Position numbers and translations under genes: made by a program
The notes under the pieces: model-generated
Seen by the model: the letters and a program-made list of their open reading frames with translations, nothing else
What the model was told of the DNA's origin: nothing
The model's database searches: none
Shown here: piece by piece, positions 10,363 to 20,183 of the stretch
Position numbering within the stretch: position 1 is the first letter of the stretch
How the letters are laid out: the number at the start of each line of letters is the position of its first letter
NCBI GenBank assembly: GCA_041660025.1
Contig: JBAZXD010000002.1
Coordinates: 68,635-132,634 of the forward strand
Length of the DNA stretch: 64,000 nucleotides
DNA from: Minisyncoccota bacterium
GTDB lineage: Bacteria; Patescibacteriota; Minisyncoccia; Phycocordibacterales; Phycocordibacteraceae
Direction: 5' to 3'

Positions 10363-11060
10363 TGAATACGGGAACTGATACGGCAGAACTGAAGCGCCTC
10401 TTCGACACAGGGGCGCATTTCGCGCAGGTAAAGAGCCGCCGGCACCCCTCGATGAAGCCTTACCTGGTGGGTACCAAGGGGCGGCAGGAGATCATCGACC
10501 TCGTGAAGACGACCGAACAGCTCGAAGCGGCGAAGGCCGCGATGAGCGCGCTCGCGAAGGAAGGGAAGACAGTCCTCTTCGTTGGCGGGAAAGTCGAAAT
10601 TGCCGCGCTCGTCAAGTCGGCGGCGCAGGAGATCAGCGCGCCCTACGTAGCGGCGCGCTGGCTCGGCGGCACCATCTCCAACTGGAGCGAGATTAAGAAG
10701 CGGGTCGACCGCCTCGCAGAGCTTAAGGAAATGGCCGCTACCGGCGCGCTCGCCAAACAGCACACGAAGCTCGAACTCGTGAAGCTCGAACGCGAAAAGA
10801 AACGTCTCGAAGAGCGGCTCGACGGCATCACGACGCTCACAAAGCGTCCGGACGCGCTCCTCGTTGTCGACACCAAGCACGAGAAGCACGCGGTGAAGGA
10901 GGCGAACGATGCGGGCATCCCCATTCTCGCCATTATGAGTTCGGACTGCGATCTCCGCGACGCGGCGTACCCGATCGTCGCGAACGATACCTCGCGCGAG
11001 ACGGTCGGGCTTATCCTCTCTGAACTCGCAGGAGCTTTCCAGAAGGGGCAAACAGTGTAA
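10362..11060 (+). CDS. rpsB: 30S ribosomal protein S2
   Basis: GAHF, HPSMKPY, RWLGGTISN, PIVAND. Confidence 0.95.
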   Translation: MNTGTDTAELKRLFDTGAHFAQVKSRRHPSMKPYLVGTKGRQEIIDLVKTTEQLEAAKAAMSALAKEGKTVLFVGGKVEIAALVKSAAQEISAPYVAARWLGGTISNWSEIKKRVDRLAELKEMAATGALAKQHTKLELVKLEREKKRLEERLDGITTLTKRPDALLVVDTKHEKHAVKEANDAGIPILAIMSSDCDLRDAAYPIVANDTSRETVGLILSELAGAFQKGQTV

Positions 11061-11139
11061 GCTTTGCGGACAAAGCTTTCTCCCTGCGCTCGTTCGGAAA
11101 AATGAAATAGGAATTTCTTTTCCGCTCACTCGCTTGGTA
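11058..11139 (-). repeat. TA-flanked two-hairpin mini-element, family shared with 47022-47113
   Basis: Minus strand: TA-CCAAGCGAGTGAG-[hairpin]-CGAACGAGCGCAGGGAG-[hairpin AAGCTTTG/CAAAGCTT]-TA; overlaps the rpsB TAA. Confidence 0.75.
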
Positions 11140-11172
11140 GTAAATTCCGCGTGTTATTATTTTTGAATCATT

Positions 11173-11754
11173 ATGGAAATCACGACCGATGTTATAAAAG
11201 AGTTGCGCGAGATGACGGGCGTATCCGTTATGCAGTGCAAGAAGGCGCTCGAGGAGGCGGGCGGCGACCTCGCAAAAGCCGCGGTCATCCTCAAGAAACA
11301 CTCGGCCGCCTCGGCCGAGAAGAAGGCAGAACGGACGCTCGCGGCCGGCGTCATCGGGAGCTACATCCACGATGGAAGCATCGGCGCGATGGTGGCGCTC
11401 TCGTGCGAGACCGATTTCGTCGCCAAGAATCCCGAATTCGGCGAGCTCGCGCGTTCGCTCGCGATGCAGGTCGCCGCGACGAACCCGGCGTATACAGCAT
11501 CTTCAGAGATTTCCGAGGACGCGAAGCAGGCGGCGACCGCCGTATTCCTGAAGGAAGTTGCCGATAAACCGAAAGAGATGCAGGCGAAGATACTCGAGGG
11601 GAAGCTCGCAAGCTACTTCCGCGACCAGGTGCTCCTCGAACAGCTATTCATCAAGGACGAGAATAAGACGGTGCGCAACCTCCTCGACGAAGCGACGCAG
11701 AAGTTCGGTGAACGCGTCGAGATAAGCCGCTTCACACGTCTTTCCGTCCGCTGA
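11173..11754 (+). CDS. tsf: elongation factor Ts (short form)
   Basis: IKELREMTGVSVMQCKKAL, CETDFVAKN; follows rpsB. Confidence 0.95.
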   Translation: MEITTDVIKELREMTGVSVMQCKKALEEAGGDLAKAAVILKKHSAASAEKKAERTLAAGVIGSYIHDGSIGAMVALSCETDFVAKNPEFGELARSLAMQVAATNPAYTASSEISEDAKQAATAVFLKEVADKPKEMQAKILEGKLASYFRDQVLLEQLFIKDENKTVRNLLDEATQKFGERVEISRFTRLSVR

Positions 11755-11759
11755 TCGCT

Positions 11760-12170
11760 ATGGGGAATCTCATCTTCCTTCTCATCACGCTCGCGCTCCT
11801 CGGCGGCTTCGTTGCGCTCACCGAGTACGAGGCGCGGCGCGGCGCGCGCGTATTCGCGCGCGAACGCGCACACCTCGACCGCAACGTCGAGCGCATTGAG
11901 TTTGTCCTCCGACACATTGATCTCGCTGCATTCCTACGGGACGAAGTGCGGCGCCTCGCCGGACGTGTCGGCCACGACATCGCGCATCTCTCGCTCCAAA
12001 CCGTGCGGAACGCTGAACGACTGCTCACGCGCCTCGTCCGGCACCTGCGTTCCCGGCACGAGGTCGAGAGCGCGCCGCGCGAGAGCACCCGGGCGTTCGT
12101 GAAGACACTCTCCGATTTCAAGGGTCGCCTGAAGGCGACGCATCCGGAGATTTCTGATATACAACACTAG
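11760..12170 (+). CDS. hypothetical protein with an N-terminal TM helix
   Basis: 136 aa ORF 5 nt after tsf, hydrophobic N-terminus. Confidence 0.7.
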   Translation: MGNLIFLLITLALLGGFVALTEYEARRGARVFARERAHLDRNVERIEFVLRHIDLAAFLRDEVRRLAGRVGHDIAHLSLQTVRNAERLLTRLVRHLRSRHEVESAPRESTRAFVKTLSDFKGRLKATHPEISDIQH

Positions 12171-12175
12171 GAGAG

Positions 12176-12249
12176 GCCGCCTTAGCTCAGTTGGCTAGAG
12201 CGCCACTTTTGTAAAGTGGATGTCCTCGGTTCGAATCCGAGAGGCGGCT
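12176..12249 (+). tRNA. tRNA-Thr(UGU)
   Basis: Acceptor GCCGCCT/AGGCGGC, D-arm AGCTCAGTTGGCTAGAGC, anticodon arm CCACT-TTTGTAA-AGTGG, T-loop GGTTCGAATCC; no encoded CCA. Confidence 0.95.
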
Positions 12250-12926
12250 CAAAGGTTAGTAGTCGTTTGAGAGGTCGTTGAGACCAGCGCGCCCTTGGGG
12301 AACTGTTTCTCGAGGTCCTCGAGCGTGGTGAAGCCGTAATACTGCTTGCCGTTGATGACGAATGCGGGGAAAGTGCTCTTCACCTTCGTAACGGCGATGA
12401 ACGTTTTCAGGGCGCCGAGGTCGAGATTGTAGTCGAACGAATACACGCGCAAGGTCGGATACGTGTCGCGCAGGTAGGAGAGCGCGTAGCCTGCCTTGTC
12501 GCAGTCGGCGCAATCGCCGGCATTGCTATAGAAATAGAGAACCGTCACCGGCTTCGTACCGCAGGCCTCCGCGAGCTTCTTTGTGATGAGATAGTCGCGT
12601 ATCTCGAGCAGGGAGTATTGCTCCTTCAGCCGTATCACTTGCGCCGTGTCGCTCCCGAGCTGATTCTCGGCGTAGGCAAGGCGATTGCCCATATCTGCGA
12701 GTTCGCCGGTCAGCGCGATAGAAGAGGCGGCGCTGTCGCAGGGCGCCGCCTCGAGCAGGGAGAACTGTGTGTCGAGCGACAGGATGTCGATGGAGAGCTG
12801 GTCCTCGATGGTCGAGAGTTCGTTGATGCGTACGCGGTTCAGGTAGCTGATGGCGTACGCGACCGTGCCCGCAAGCAGGACGGTGATACCGAGAGCTATG
12901 AGCGCGTTCCGGGCAACGAGTGACAT
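12249..12926 (-). CDS. membrane-anchored protein with a thioredoxin-like CxxC domain
   Basis: N-terminal TM, VLYFYS..DCADC, FPAFVING. Confidence 0.7.
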   Translation of the reverse strand: MSLVARNALIALGITVLLAGTVAYAISYLNRVRINELSTIEDQLSIDILSLDTQFSLLEAAPCDSAASSIALTGELADMGNRLAYAENQLGSDTAQVIRLKEQYSLLEIRDYLITKKLAEACGTKPVTVLYFYSNAGDCADCDKAGYALSYLRDTYPTLRVYSFDYNLDLGALKTFIAVTKVKSTFPAFVINGKQYYGFTTLEDLEKQFPKGALVSTTSQTTTNL

Positions 12927-12929
12927 ATA

Positions 12930-14168
12930 TCAATTCCGCCAATCGCGGCGTTTGCCGGTGGTGACATCAGCCGTGGCACGCAGAAGCCACAGCGGCACGA
13001 CAAGCCCGTAGAGCAGGGTGTAGGAAACGAGTCCGAACGTAATATCTCCCGGCGTCTTCGAGATGCGTTTCCCGATGAGAATGAGGGAGAGCGAGGCGAG
13101 GAGCGTTACCGCACCAAGAACGAGGTAGAAGTTAGCGGAGAAGAACAGCCACTCGAATGAGCCGTGCGGTACGAGCGCATAAGAAAGCGGAACGCCGGCG
13201 CGGACTTCGAAGGCGGCAAAGGCGTTCCGCGCAATCTCAAAGAGCATAAAAAAGAACAGCACCATACCGCTCCCGATAGCGAGAAGCGCGCTTGGGAGCA
13301 TAAGCATACCGAGTGCGCCGTGGCGGCGGTTCGCGATGAGTCCGCGGTATTCGCCGAAGATGTTCCGCAGGAAGCCGGACGTCCAGCGCGTGCGCTGCTT
13401 CAAGAGCTTCATGATGGTACTCGGCGCTTTCGTATAGACGCGCGCGCGCGGTGCGTTCTCGATACCGTACCCCGCCTGTTGGATGCGGAGCGCCATTTCC
13501 ATATCCTCAGTCTGGTGTCCGTAACGGAATCCGCCGAGCTTCTCAATGATGGCGCGCCGGTAGAACGAGAAGGGTCCCGGTGTGACGTAGAGGCCGTTTA
13601 TCGAGGCGATGGCGTGTCGGAATGTGATGCCGAAGATATATTCGGCATTTTGCATATGCTGGAGGATGTTCCCCGGCTTGTGGATCGACATCGCACCGGT
13701 CGCGGCCGCGACGTTCGGGTCCTCAAAGCACGGGAGGATCTCGAGGAGCGCGTCCGGCTCGACGAACGAGTCTGCATCAAGACAGGCGACAAACTCGGCA
13801 TTTGTCGCGGCGACGCCAGCATTTAGCGCGGTGTGTTTGCCGCCGTTCTCTTTGCGGATGATGCGCACTTGCGCTTCGCTCGCGAAACGCGCCATAGCGG
13901 CGGGCGTTGCATCGGTCGAGCCGTCATCGACGAGGATGATCTCGAGTTTCTCCTTCGGATAATCGAGCGCGAGTAGTGATTCGCACGTCGCGGCGACGGT
14001 CGCCGCTTCATTCCAGCAGGGGACGATAATGGCGACGGAAGGCGTCGCGGTACCGGGGGTTCGCGCGCGCGCCGCGCGCGCGGGCTTCGAGAGAAGCGTC
14101 ACAAGGACGAAAGACTCGAAGAATATCGCGATGAAGAGGAACGGATAGGCAAGCGCCTCCAGACTCAT
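12930..14168 (-). CDS. GT2 processive glycosyltransferase (PgaC/IcaA-like)
   Basis: VPCWNE, VDDGSTD, NGGK, LDADS, TED, QRTRW (QxxRW), TM helices. Confidence 0.92.
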   Translation of the reverse strand: MSLEALAYPFLFIAIFFESFVLVTLLSKPARAARARTPGTATPSVAIIVPCWNEAATVAATCESLLALDYPKEKLEIILVDDGSTDATPAAMARFASEAQVRIIRKENGGKHTALNAGVAATNAEFVACLDADSFVEPDALLEILPCFEDPNVAAATGAMSIHKPGNILQHMQNAEYIFGITFRHAIASINGLYVTPGPFSFYRRAIIEKLGGFRYGHQTEDMEMALRIQQAGYGIENAPRARVYTKAPSTIMKLLKQRTRWTSGFLRNIFGEYRGLIANRRHGALGMLMLPSALLAIGSGMVLFFFMLFEIARNAFAAFEVRAGVPLSYALVPHGSFEWLFFSANFYLVLGAVTLLASLSLILIGKRISKTPGDITFGLVSYTLLYGLVVPLWLLRATADVTTGKRRDWRN

Positions 14169-14199
14169 ATATAGCGCCACTGTAGCACAAAATCTCCCG

Positions 14200-15351
14200 C
14201 TAACGAATCGTCGCGCCGAAGTTCTTAACGGTGGCGGCTTCGAGCTTGGAGTGGAGGGCATTCACCTCGTCATTCGTAAGTGTCTTGTCGATGCTTCGGT
14301 AGGTGATTCGGTACGCGTAGCTGACCCTGCCGGCACCCAATTTTTCCTCATTCTCATACGTATCCACGAGCGTCATCTGTTCGGCCATATCACCGACCAC
14401 ATCGCGTACGAGGTCGAAATAATTGTTCGGGACGAAATCCTTGCCGACGACAAAGGAGATATCGCGCACGACCGGCGGATATTTACTGACCTCGACGAAC
14501 GCGTGTCCCAATCGGAGTTGTTTCTTTACGCGTTCATCCTCGCTCCAGAAAAGGCGGATATCGGGAACCTCGGTGCCGATTATCGCGAGCCGTTCGAGCC
14601 CGAAGCCGAATGCCCAGCCGTGGTATCCGACAACGCCCATCTTTTTGAGTACGCTCGCCTTCGGCATACCTCCACCGAGTATTTCGATCCACTCGCTCCC
14701 CGCTGCTTGTGCCGCCGCGCCCGAGACCCCGACCTCCACCTCAAGCGATGGGTCGGTGTACGGGAAGGTGTCGGGATTGAAACGGAATTTCGTATCTTCG
14801 CCGAAGACGCTTTTCACCACCTGCGAGAGCGCGCTCTTAAGGTCCTCGATATCGAGCGGCTCTGACTCTGGAGTAAGGAACCAGCCGCCCATCTGATGGA
14901 AGATGTTCATATGGCGACGGTCGATCTCATCCTTACGATAGACCTTGCCGTAGCAGAGCGCGCCCATCGATTCTCCGCGCAGGATACGCTCCTTGATCTC
15001 GGGCTGGTTGAGGTAGTAGTACCAAAAGACAGTGTCGTGCGTGCGCAGGATATTCTCGGTATCCACGTAGTACGTGTCTGAAGAAGAGCGCGCGGGGTGG
15101 TCGGCAGGGAAGTCGAAGAGGTCGAAGCTGATGCTTGCGGGCACGATTTCCGGTATCTCGATATCATCGAAGTCTTTGAAGACAGGGAGCGCTTTCACGC
15201 GCTCAACAATCTCACGGAGCGGGCTTCCGGGCGTGCGGGAGAGGTCCGGCATCGCCAGATACCGCTTCATACGCTCCGCGTCCACGTCGGTCCGTTGCTC
15301 CAGTTCGGCTCGGAGCAGCTCCTCCTCGGCCCTCGATATTCTGATATCCAT
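14200..15351 (-). CDS. pheS: single-chain phenylalanyl-tRNA synthetase (catalytic domain fused to an FDX-ACB anticodon-binding domain)
   Basis: PADHPAR..DTYY, LRTH, YRKDEIDRRH, FPYTDPSLE, GWAFGFGLERLA, DIRLFW, then SKYPPVVRDISF...YRSIDKTLTNDEVN. Confidence 0.92.
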   Translation of the reverse strand: MDIRISRAEEELLRAELEQRTDVDAERMKRYLAMPDLSRTPGSPLREIVERVKALPVFKDFDDIEIPEIVPASISFDLFDFPADHPARSSSDTYYVDTENILRTHDTVFWYYYLNQPEIKERILRGESMGALCYGKVYRKDEIDRRHMNIFHQMGGWFLTPESEPLDIEDLKSALSQVVKSVFGEDTKFRFNPDTFPYTDPSLEVEVGVSGAAAQAAGSEWIEILGGGMPKASVLKKMGVVGYHGWAFGFGLERLAIIGTEVPDIRLFWSEDERVKKQLRLGHAFVEVSKYPPVVRDISFVVGKDFVPNNYFDLVRDVVGDMAEQMTLVDTYENEEKLGAGRVSYAYRITYRSIDKTLTNDEVNALHSKLEAATVKNFGATIR

Positions 15352-15400
15352 AGATATTTTAGAATATCACATTTTGTGCTAGAATATAGGCAACAAACGT

Positions 15401-17485
15401 ATGGCTAAAACGACCGACACAGAGCCTAAAAAGAAGGCGTACGACGCCTCGTCTATTACCGTCCTTGAGGGGCTCGAGCCGGTGCGGAAGCGACCGGGTA
15501 TGTATATCGGGACGACCGGTCCCGAGGGACTCCACCATCTCATCTGGGAAATATTCGACAATGCGCGCGACGAGGCGATGGGCGGATATGCGAACGACAT
15601 AGAGGTCGCGCTTCTCCCCGACGGCTATGTGCGCGTGGCGGACAACGGTCGCGGCATTCCGGTCGGCATCCACCCGAAGACGAAAGTCTCCGCGCTCGAG
15701 ACCATTATGACCACGCTTCACGCCGGCGGTAAGTTCGGCGGAGAAGAGTCGGGCTACAAGGTCTCGGGCGGCCTTCACGGCGTCGGTGCGTCAGTGGTGA
15801 ACGCGCTTTCGGTGCACACCTCGGTCATCGTGCACAAGGAGGGCGGCATACACCTGCAGGAATATAAGATCGGGAAACCGCTCGCGAAGGTGAAGAAAGT
15901 CGGCACGACGAAGCTCGTCGGTACCATCGTGAAGTTCAAGCCGGATGCGGAGATATTCAAAGAGGGTGTCGAGTGGGATTGGGAAAAGATCGTCGCGCAC
16001 CTGCGCCAGCAAGCCTACTTGGTGAAAGGGGTTCGCATCAGTGTCATCGACGCGCGCGCTTGCGCGCGTGTCGCCGATGAAGACTGTTTCTATCTGCGCG
16101 AATTGAAGGGATTCGCAGCACCATCGCTCACCTTCTACTTCGAGGGTGGGCTGAAGTCGCTCGTCGCTTTCCATAACAAGCATCAGACGCCGGTGCACAA
16201 GAACATCTTTTATATCGACCGCGAACACGAGAATGTCGCGGTTGAAGTCGCGCTCCAGTATGTCGACGACCTCACGCCGCGGATCACCGCGTTCGCGAAC
16301 AACACCTACAACAGCGAGGGCGGCACGCACATTACCGGCTTCAAGACGGCGCTCACGCGCTCGCTCAACACGTATGGGCGGAACGCGAACATTCTCAAGG
16401 AGAAGGATGAAAACTTCACTGGCGACGATGTGCTCGAGGGTATCACGGCGGTGGTCTCAGTGAAGCTTCCCGAGATCCAGTTCGAGGGACAGACGAAGGC
16501 GAAGCTCGGCTCGGTCGAGGCGCAGGGCGCGGTCGCTACGGTCTTCGGCGAGGCGCTCGGCTCCTTCCTCGAAGAGAATCCGGATGACGCGCGCGCCATC
16601 ATCAACAAAGTCCTTCTCGCGCTCAAGGCGCGTAAGGCGGCGAAAGCGGCGAAGGACTCGGTCCTGCGCAAGGGCGCGCTCGAGGGTATGACGCTCCCGG
16701 GTAAGCTCGCGGACTGCCAGACCAAGAGTGCAGAAGAGGGCGAGCTGTTCATCGTCGAGGGGGATTCGGCCGGCGGCTCGAGCAAGCAGGGTAGGGACCG
16801 CCGCACGCAAGCCATCCTCCCTTTGCGCGGCAAGATCCTCAACGTTGAACGCGCGCGCATTGACCGTATGCTCGCGTCGGTTGAGATTCGCGCGCTCGTT
16901 ATCGCGATGGGCACCGCCATCGGGGACGTCTTTGATATATCGAAACTCCGTTATCATAAAATAATCATCGCGACCGATGCTGACGTCGACGGTGCGCACA
17001 TTCGCACACTTCTCCTCACGCTCCTCTATCGCCACTTCCGGCCGATTATTGAAGGCGGCTTCGTCTATATTGCCCAACCGCCGCTCTATAAAATCACGAA
17101 AGGGAAGTCAATCGCGTATGCGTATTCGGATAAAGAAAAAGAAGTCGTACTGAAAGAGTTCGGCGTTGCCCCTTCGGAGGTCTCTGAGAATCCTCTGGAA
17201 GGCGATGAGGAAACCGTCGGAGAAGAAGCGGAAGCGGAAGCGGAAATCGCGAGCGCGAAGAAGCCAGCGAAGGTGAATATCCAGCGCTACAAAGGTCTCG
17301 GAGAAATGAACCCGAGCGAGCTTTGGGAGACGACGATGGACCCCGCGCGGCGCGTGTTGAAGCGAGTGAACGTCGGGGATGCTGAAGCGGCTGATCGCAT
17401 CTTCGATATCCTTATGGGCACTGACGTCGCTTCGCGCAAGTCGTTCATCCAGTCGAACGCGAAACTCGCGAATCTGGACGTCTAA
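15401..17485 (+). CDS. gyrB: DNA gyrase subunit B
   Basis: VRKRPGMYIG, GGLHGVG, EGDSAGG, PLRGKILN, DADVDG, RYKGLGEMN. Confidence 0.96.
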   Translation: MAKTTDTEPKKKAYDASSITVLEGLEPVRKRPGMYIGTTGPEGLHHLIWEIFDNARDEAMGGYANDIEVALLPDGYVRVADNGRGIPVGIHPKTKVSALETIMTTLHAGGKFGGEESGYKVSGGLHGVGASVVNALSVHTSVIVHKEGGIHLQEYKIGKPLAKVKKVGTTKLVGTIVKFKPDAEIFKEGVEWDWEKIVAHLRQQAYLVKGVRISVIDARACARVADEDCFYLRELKGFAAPSLTFYFEGGLKSLVAFHNKHQTPVHKNIFYIDREHENVAVEVALQYVDDLTPRITAFANNTYNSEGGTHITGFKTALTRSLNTYGRNANILKEKDENFTGDDVLEGITAVVSVKLPEIQFEGQTKAKLGSVEAQGAVATVFGEALGSFLEENPDDARAIINKVLLALKARKAAKAAKDSVLRKGALEGMTLPGKLADCQTKSAEEGELFIVEGDSAGGSSKQGRDRRTQAILPLRGKILNVERARIDRMLASVEIRALVIAMGTAIGDVFDISKLRYHKIIIATDADVDGAHIRTLLLTLLYRHFRPIIEGGFVYIAQPPLYKITKGKSIAYAYSDKEKEVVLKEFGVAPSEVSENPLEGDEETVGEEAEAEAEIASAKKPAKVNIQRYKGLGEMNPSELWETTMDPARRVLKRVNVGDAEAADRIFDILMGTDVASRKSFIQSNAKLANLDV

Positions 17486-18255
17486 GATCCGAGAACCGTT
17501 ACCTTCGCGGAAGCACTGTTGTTGTCCGTACTCGATTCTGCGACCGTGCGGTCGAAGTTCGCGGTAATCGAGATCATCTGATCGACCCCTTTGTTCGATT
17601 GGTCGAAGCCGAGCGTGTAGTCGATACTGTCGCCTGGGCCGAGCGTTTGCTGGGTCTGGGATTGGTAGAGATACGCGGTTTGCGTCGGGATGGATGCGCT
17701 CCAGCGCCACGGACCGCTTACGTTCGTACCGATATTTTTAATAGTGAATTTGACTGCGGGGCGGCTGTCGGCAGGGACCGTCGAAGTTGCGACAAATGAT
17801 TCTGCTGAATTCGAGGCGAGGTAGCCGACTGCATTGATGGTCACGACGAAGTCGGGAAGGCCTGAGAGCACACCGGTCGCAAGGGCGCCACCGATCTGAT
17901 ACGTGCCGCCCGTCTTTTTTCCCGCCGTAGGAGCGGTTTTCGTCTCGGCTGGAGCGGTCGGTGAGGTCGTACTTACCTCTGTCGAAGAACCCTCTTCGCC
18001 GAAGGGGATTGTCGTCGATGCGACGGGCGTCGGGACAACCGAGAGGGTAGGCTCGTCCGCCGGAGTGAAGACCGAGCCGAGGTAGACGGCGGCACTGCCG
18101 ATACGACCGGCGACGTCCGGGACATAGCGTGTCGAATAGACCGCGAGCCACATACTCGCGCCGATAAGCGCAACGAATCCAACCACGGCGAGCGTGTTTA
18201 TGAAGAGGTGGCGATTTGAGGCAAGAGACTGCGATTCGTTCATAGATAAATACAT
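17482..18255 (-). CDS. membrane-anchored exported protein with a C-terminal CARDB-like Ig domain
   Basis: N-terminal TM, T/P-rich linker, LPDF..., FTIKNIG, VAESSTDNNSAS. Confidence 0.75.
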   Translation of the reverse strand: MYLSMNESQSLASNRHLFINTLAVVGFVALIGASMWLAVYSTRYVPDVAGRIGSAAVYLGSVFTPADEPTLSVVPTPVASTTIPFGEEGSSTEVSTTSPTAPAETKTAPTAGKKTGGTYQIGGALATGVLSGLPDFVVTINAVGYLASNSAESFVATSTVPADSRPAVKFTIKNIGTNVSGPWRWSASIPTQTAYLYQSQTQQTLGPGDSIDYTLGFDQSNKGVDQMISITANFDRTVAESSTDNNSASAKVTVLGS

Positions 18256-18345
18256 ACCATACTGTACTTTCTATGTCAAGTGTCTGGCGGCGACACCACG
18301 TCTTGACAAGGATGCTACAATGGCGTATTAATGGATTAAGACTAT

Positions 18346-19017
18346 ATGGGGAAAATCATCAACTTCATCGTCCGACTCATCCGGGTCGGCAAGCAGGCGT
18401 ATACGAGGAAGTGGAGCTTCTTCGGCATTTTCGTCATAGCATTCCTCGGCAGTGTGAATATGCTCGCCACACTCGATCTGTTGCCGCAGGTTCCGCTCAC
18501 CGCCGTACTGGCGGCGACGAATCCGACCGTTCCTCAACACGCGCGCGGACAGGAACCGGTCGCGATCGTCGAGCTACCGACGAGCATTGAGATCAAGACC
18601 ATCGATCTCCTCGCGACCATTGAGAATCCGACGGCGACCGATGCCGCACTACTCGACCAGGGGCTGTTGCGCGGTGCGGTGCGTTACCCGACGTCGGCCA
18701 AGCTTGGCGAGACGGGCAATGTCGTCCTTTTCGGCCACTCGAGCTATCTGCCGGTCGTGGGCAACCAAGCGTACAAGACATTCAACGGCATTCAGAAGCT
18801 CGCGGCAGGAGAAGTCATTACCGTATATTCCCTTGATACGGCATATACGTATCGGGTACGGACCGTCGCGAAAGAGAGCGCGGATAATAATACGGCGATC
18901 CCGCTCTCTGTTTCCGGGAAGGCGCTTACGCTCGTGACCTGCAATTCTTTCGCCACGAAGGCAGACCGTTTCGTCGTTACCGCGGACTTTGTTGAAAGTC
19001 GTTCGATTTCCGGCTAA
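18346..19017 (+). CDS. sortase
   Basis: N-terminal TM, LLRGAVRYP, GNVVLFGH, LTLVTC, downstream RFVV (His/Cys/Arg triad). Confidence 0.92.
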   Translation: MGKIINFIVRLIRVGKQAYTRKWSFFGIFVIAFLGSVNMLATLDLLPQVPLTAVLAATNPTVPQHARGQEPVAIVELPTSIEIKTIDLLATIENPTATDAALLDQGLLRGAVRYPTSAKLGETGNVVLFGHSSYLPVVGNQAYKTFNGIQKLAAGEVITVYSLDTAYTYRVRTVAKESADNNTAIPLSVSGKALTLVTCNSFATKADRFVVTADFVESRSISG

Positions 19018-19036
19018 CGCCGGAAATCGAACGACT
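18997..19036. repeat. perfect 18-bp inverted repeat centred on the sortase stop codon
   Basis: AGTCGTTCGATTTCCGGC-TAAC-GCCGGAAATCGAACGACT. Confidence 0.9.
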
Positions 19037-19119
19037 CTCCGCAAGGAGAGCAGGAACGTTGTTCTTTCTACTCAATCCGATTAACGCCGCAGTAGCGGCA
19101 CAGCAAAAAGGAGATATCG

Positions 19120-20169
19120 ATGAGTAAAATCATCGCAGTGCTGGCGCTCGCAATCGCGACGCTGGCTGTCCCAGTCGCATCTGTTGCGGCGACTTGGAAA
19201 CCGTTCTTCCGTGGGATTAACAACCCTGCGGAACTCGAGGGCAAGATAGAAGCCTCACTCGCGAAGAACCCGAAGGGTACCAGTATGCTCGACCCGGAGC
19301 GTTGTAAGCGCGACGGATCGTGTGCCACGCCTCTGAATTATTTAGAGGCGCTGAAGCAGGTGGATCCAGGCGCACACCTTACCAGTGTGGCGCAGGTTCC
19401 CGGCTTCCTCCGGACGCTTCAAGTGATTGACGCGCCCGTTGGCGAATACTGGATCTCGTGTTTGAAGCCTTCGGGCCGCGGCACCTATCGGGCAGTACTT
19501 CACTGTCTCTCTCGCTCATTCAAGAAAGGCGAGAAGGCGTGGGTTGATCCGAAGACGAATAAAATCGTGTTCGCCTCGGATTGCACGAATCCGGTGGAAA
19601 AGCCGGTGAAAGAGGAATGTGTGTACATTCCGTTCATCACGAAATCCGTCAACACAGTCGTGCGATTCGCAGCTGTCGGTCCCGCTGACATCCGGAAGGA
19701 CGATGATTGCCTCGCGGTGAAAGCGGCAGGCGATACGGAGTTCGAGAGGTGGTGGGCCGACAAATGTGCTTCGGTGTACTGCGATTTCTCTGCTCCCGCC
19801 GCAGTGGTCGGACAGAGAATCCTGGTCATCGGTAGTTATGAACCGAAACCAGGCGAGCACATCCTGCGTCTTCCGAAGTACTTTGCAGAAAAAGGGTCGC
19901 TGTTCGTGACTCTTCTCTGCATCGAAAATACGAAGATGACGTGGCCGGAGCTTCCGAACCAGTCGGCTTCTCGGGAACAAATCGCTGAATGGATTGCCGG
20001 ACACTCCGACACCATAGGTGTCCGGTGGCATGACTATCGGGTAACGCAATCCGGGAGAAGGGAAGCAAGGGTGTTTTACACCAAGGCCGATGTTCCACCG
20101 GGTCTGTCCGTGTCTCAGTCCGAGCTGTATTGGCATTGGGGCGAATGGGCCCGGATGCAAGCGCGTTAG
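19120..20169 (+). CDS. secreted Cys-rich hypothetical protein
   Basis: AAGGAG SD, signal peptide, multiple Cys, codon style differs from core genes. Confidence 0.8.
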   Translation: MSKIIAVLALAIATLAVPVASVAATWKPFFRGINNPAELEGKIEASLAKNPKGTSMLDPERCKRDGSCATPLNYLEALKQVDPGAHLTSVAQVPGFLRTLQVIDAPVGEYWISCLKPSGRGTYRAVLHCLSRSFKKGEKAWVDPKTNKIVFASDCTNPVEKPVKEECVYIPFITKSVNTVVRFAAVGPADIRKDDDCLAVKAAGDTEFERWWADKCASVYCDFSAPAAVVGQRILVIGSYEPKPGEHILRLPKYFAEKGSLFVTLLCIENTKMTWPELPNQSASREQIAEWIAGHSDTIGVRWHDYRVTQSGRREARVFYTKADVPPGLSVSQSELYWHWGEWARMQAR

Positions 20170-20183
20170 CTTGTCGGACGACA

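Noticed and set aside
12176-12249. tRNA used as a prophage or island attachment site
   Set aside because: No duplicated tRNA 3' end or integrase seen in the window
17140-17275. Possible intein in GyrB
   Set aside because: Only a short acidic low-complexity loop, without intein terminal residues
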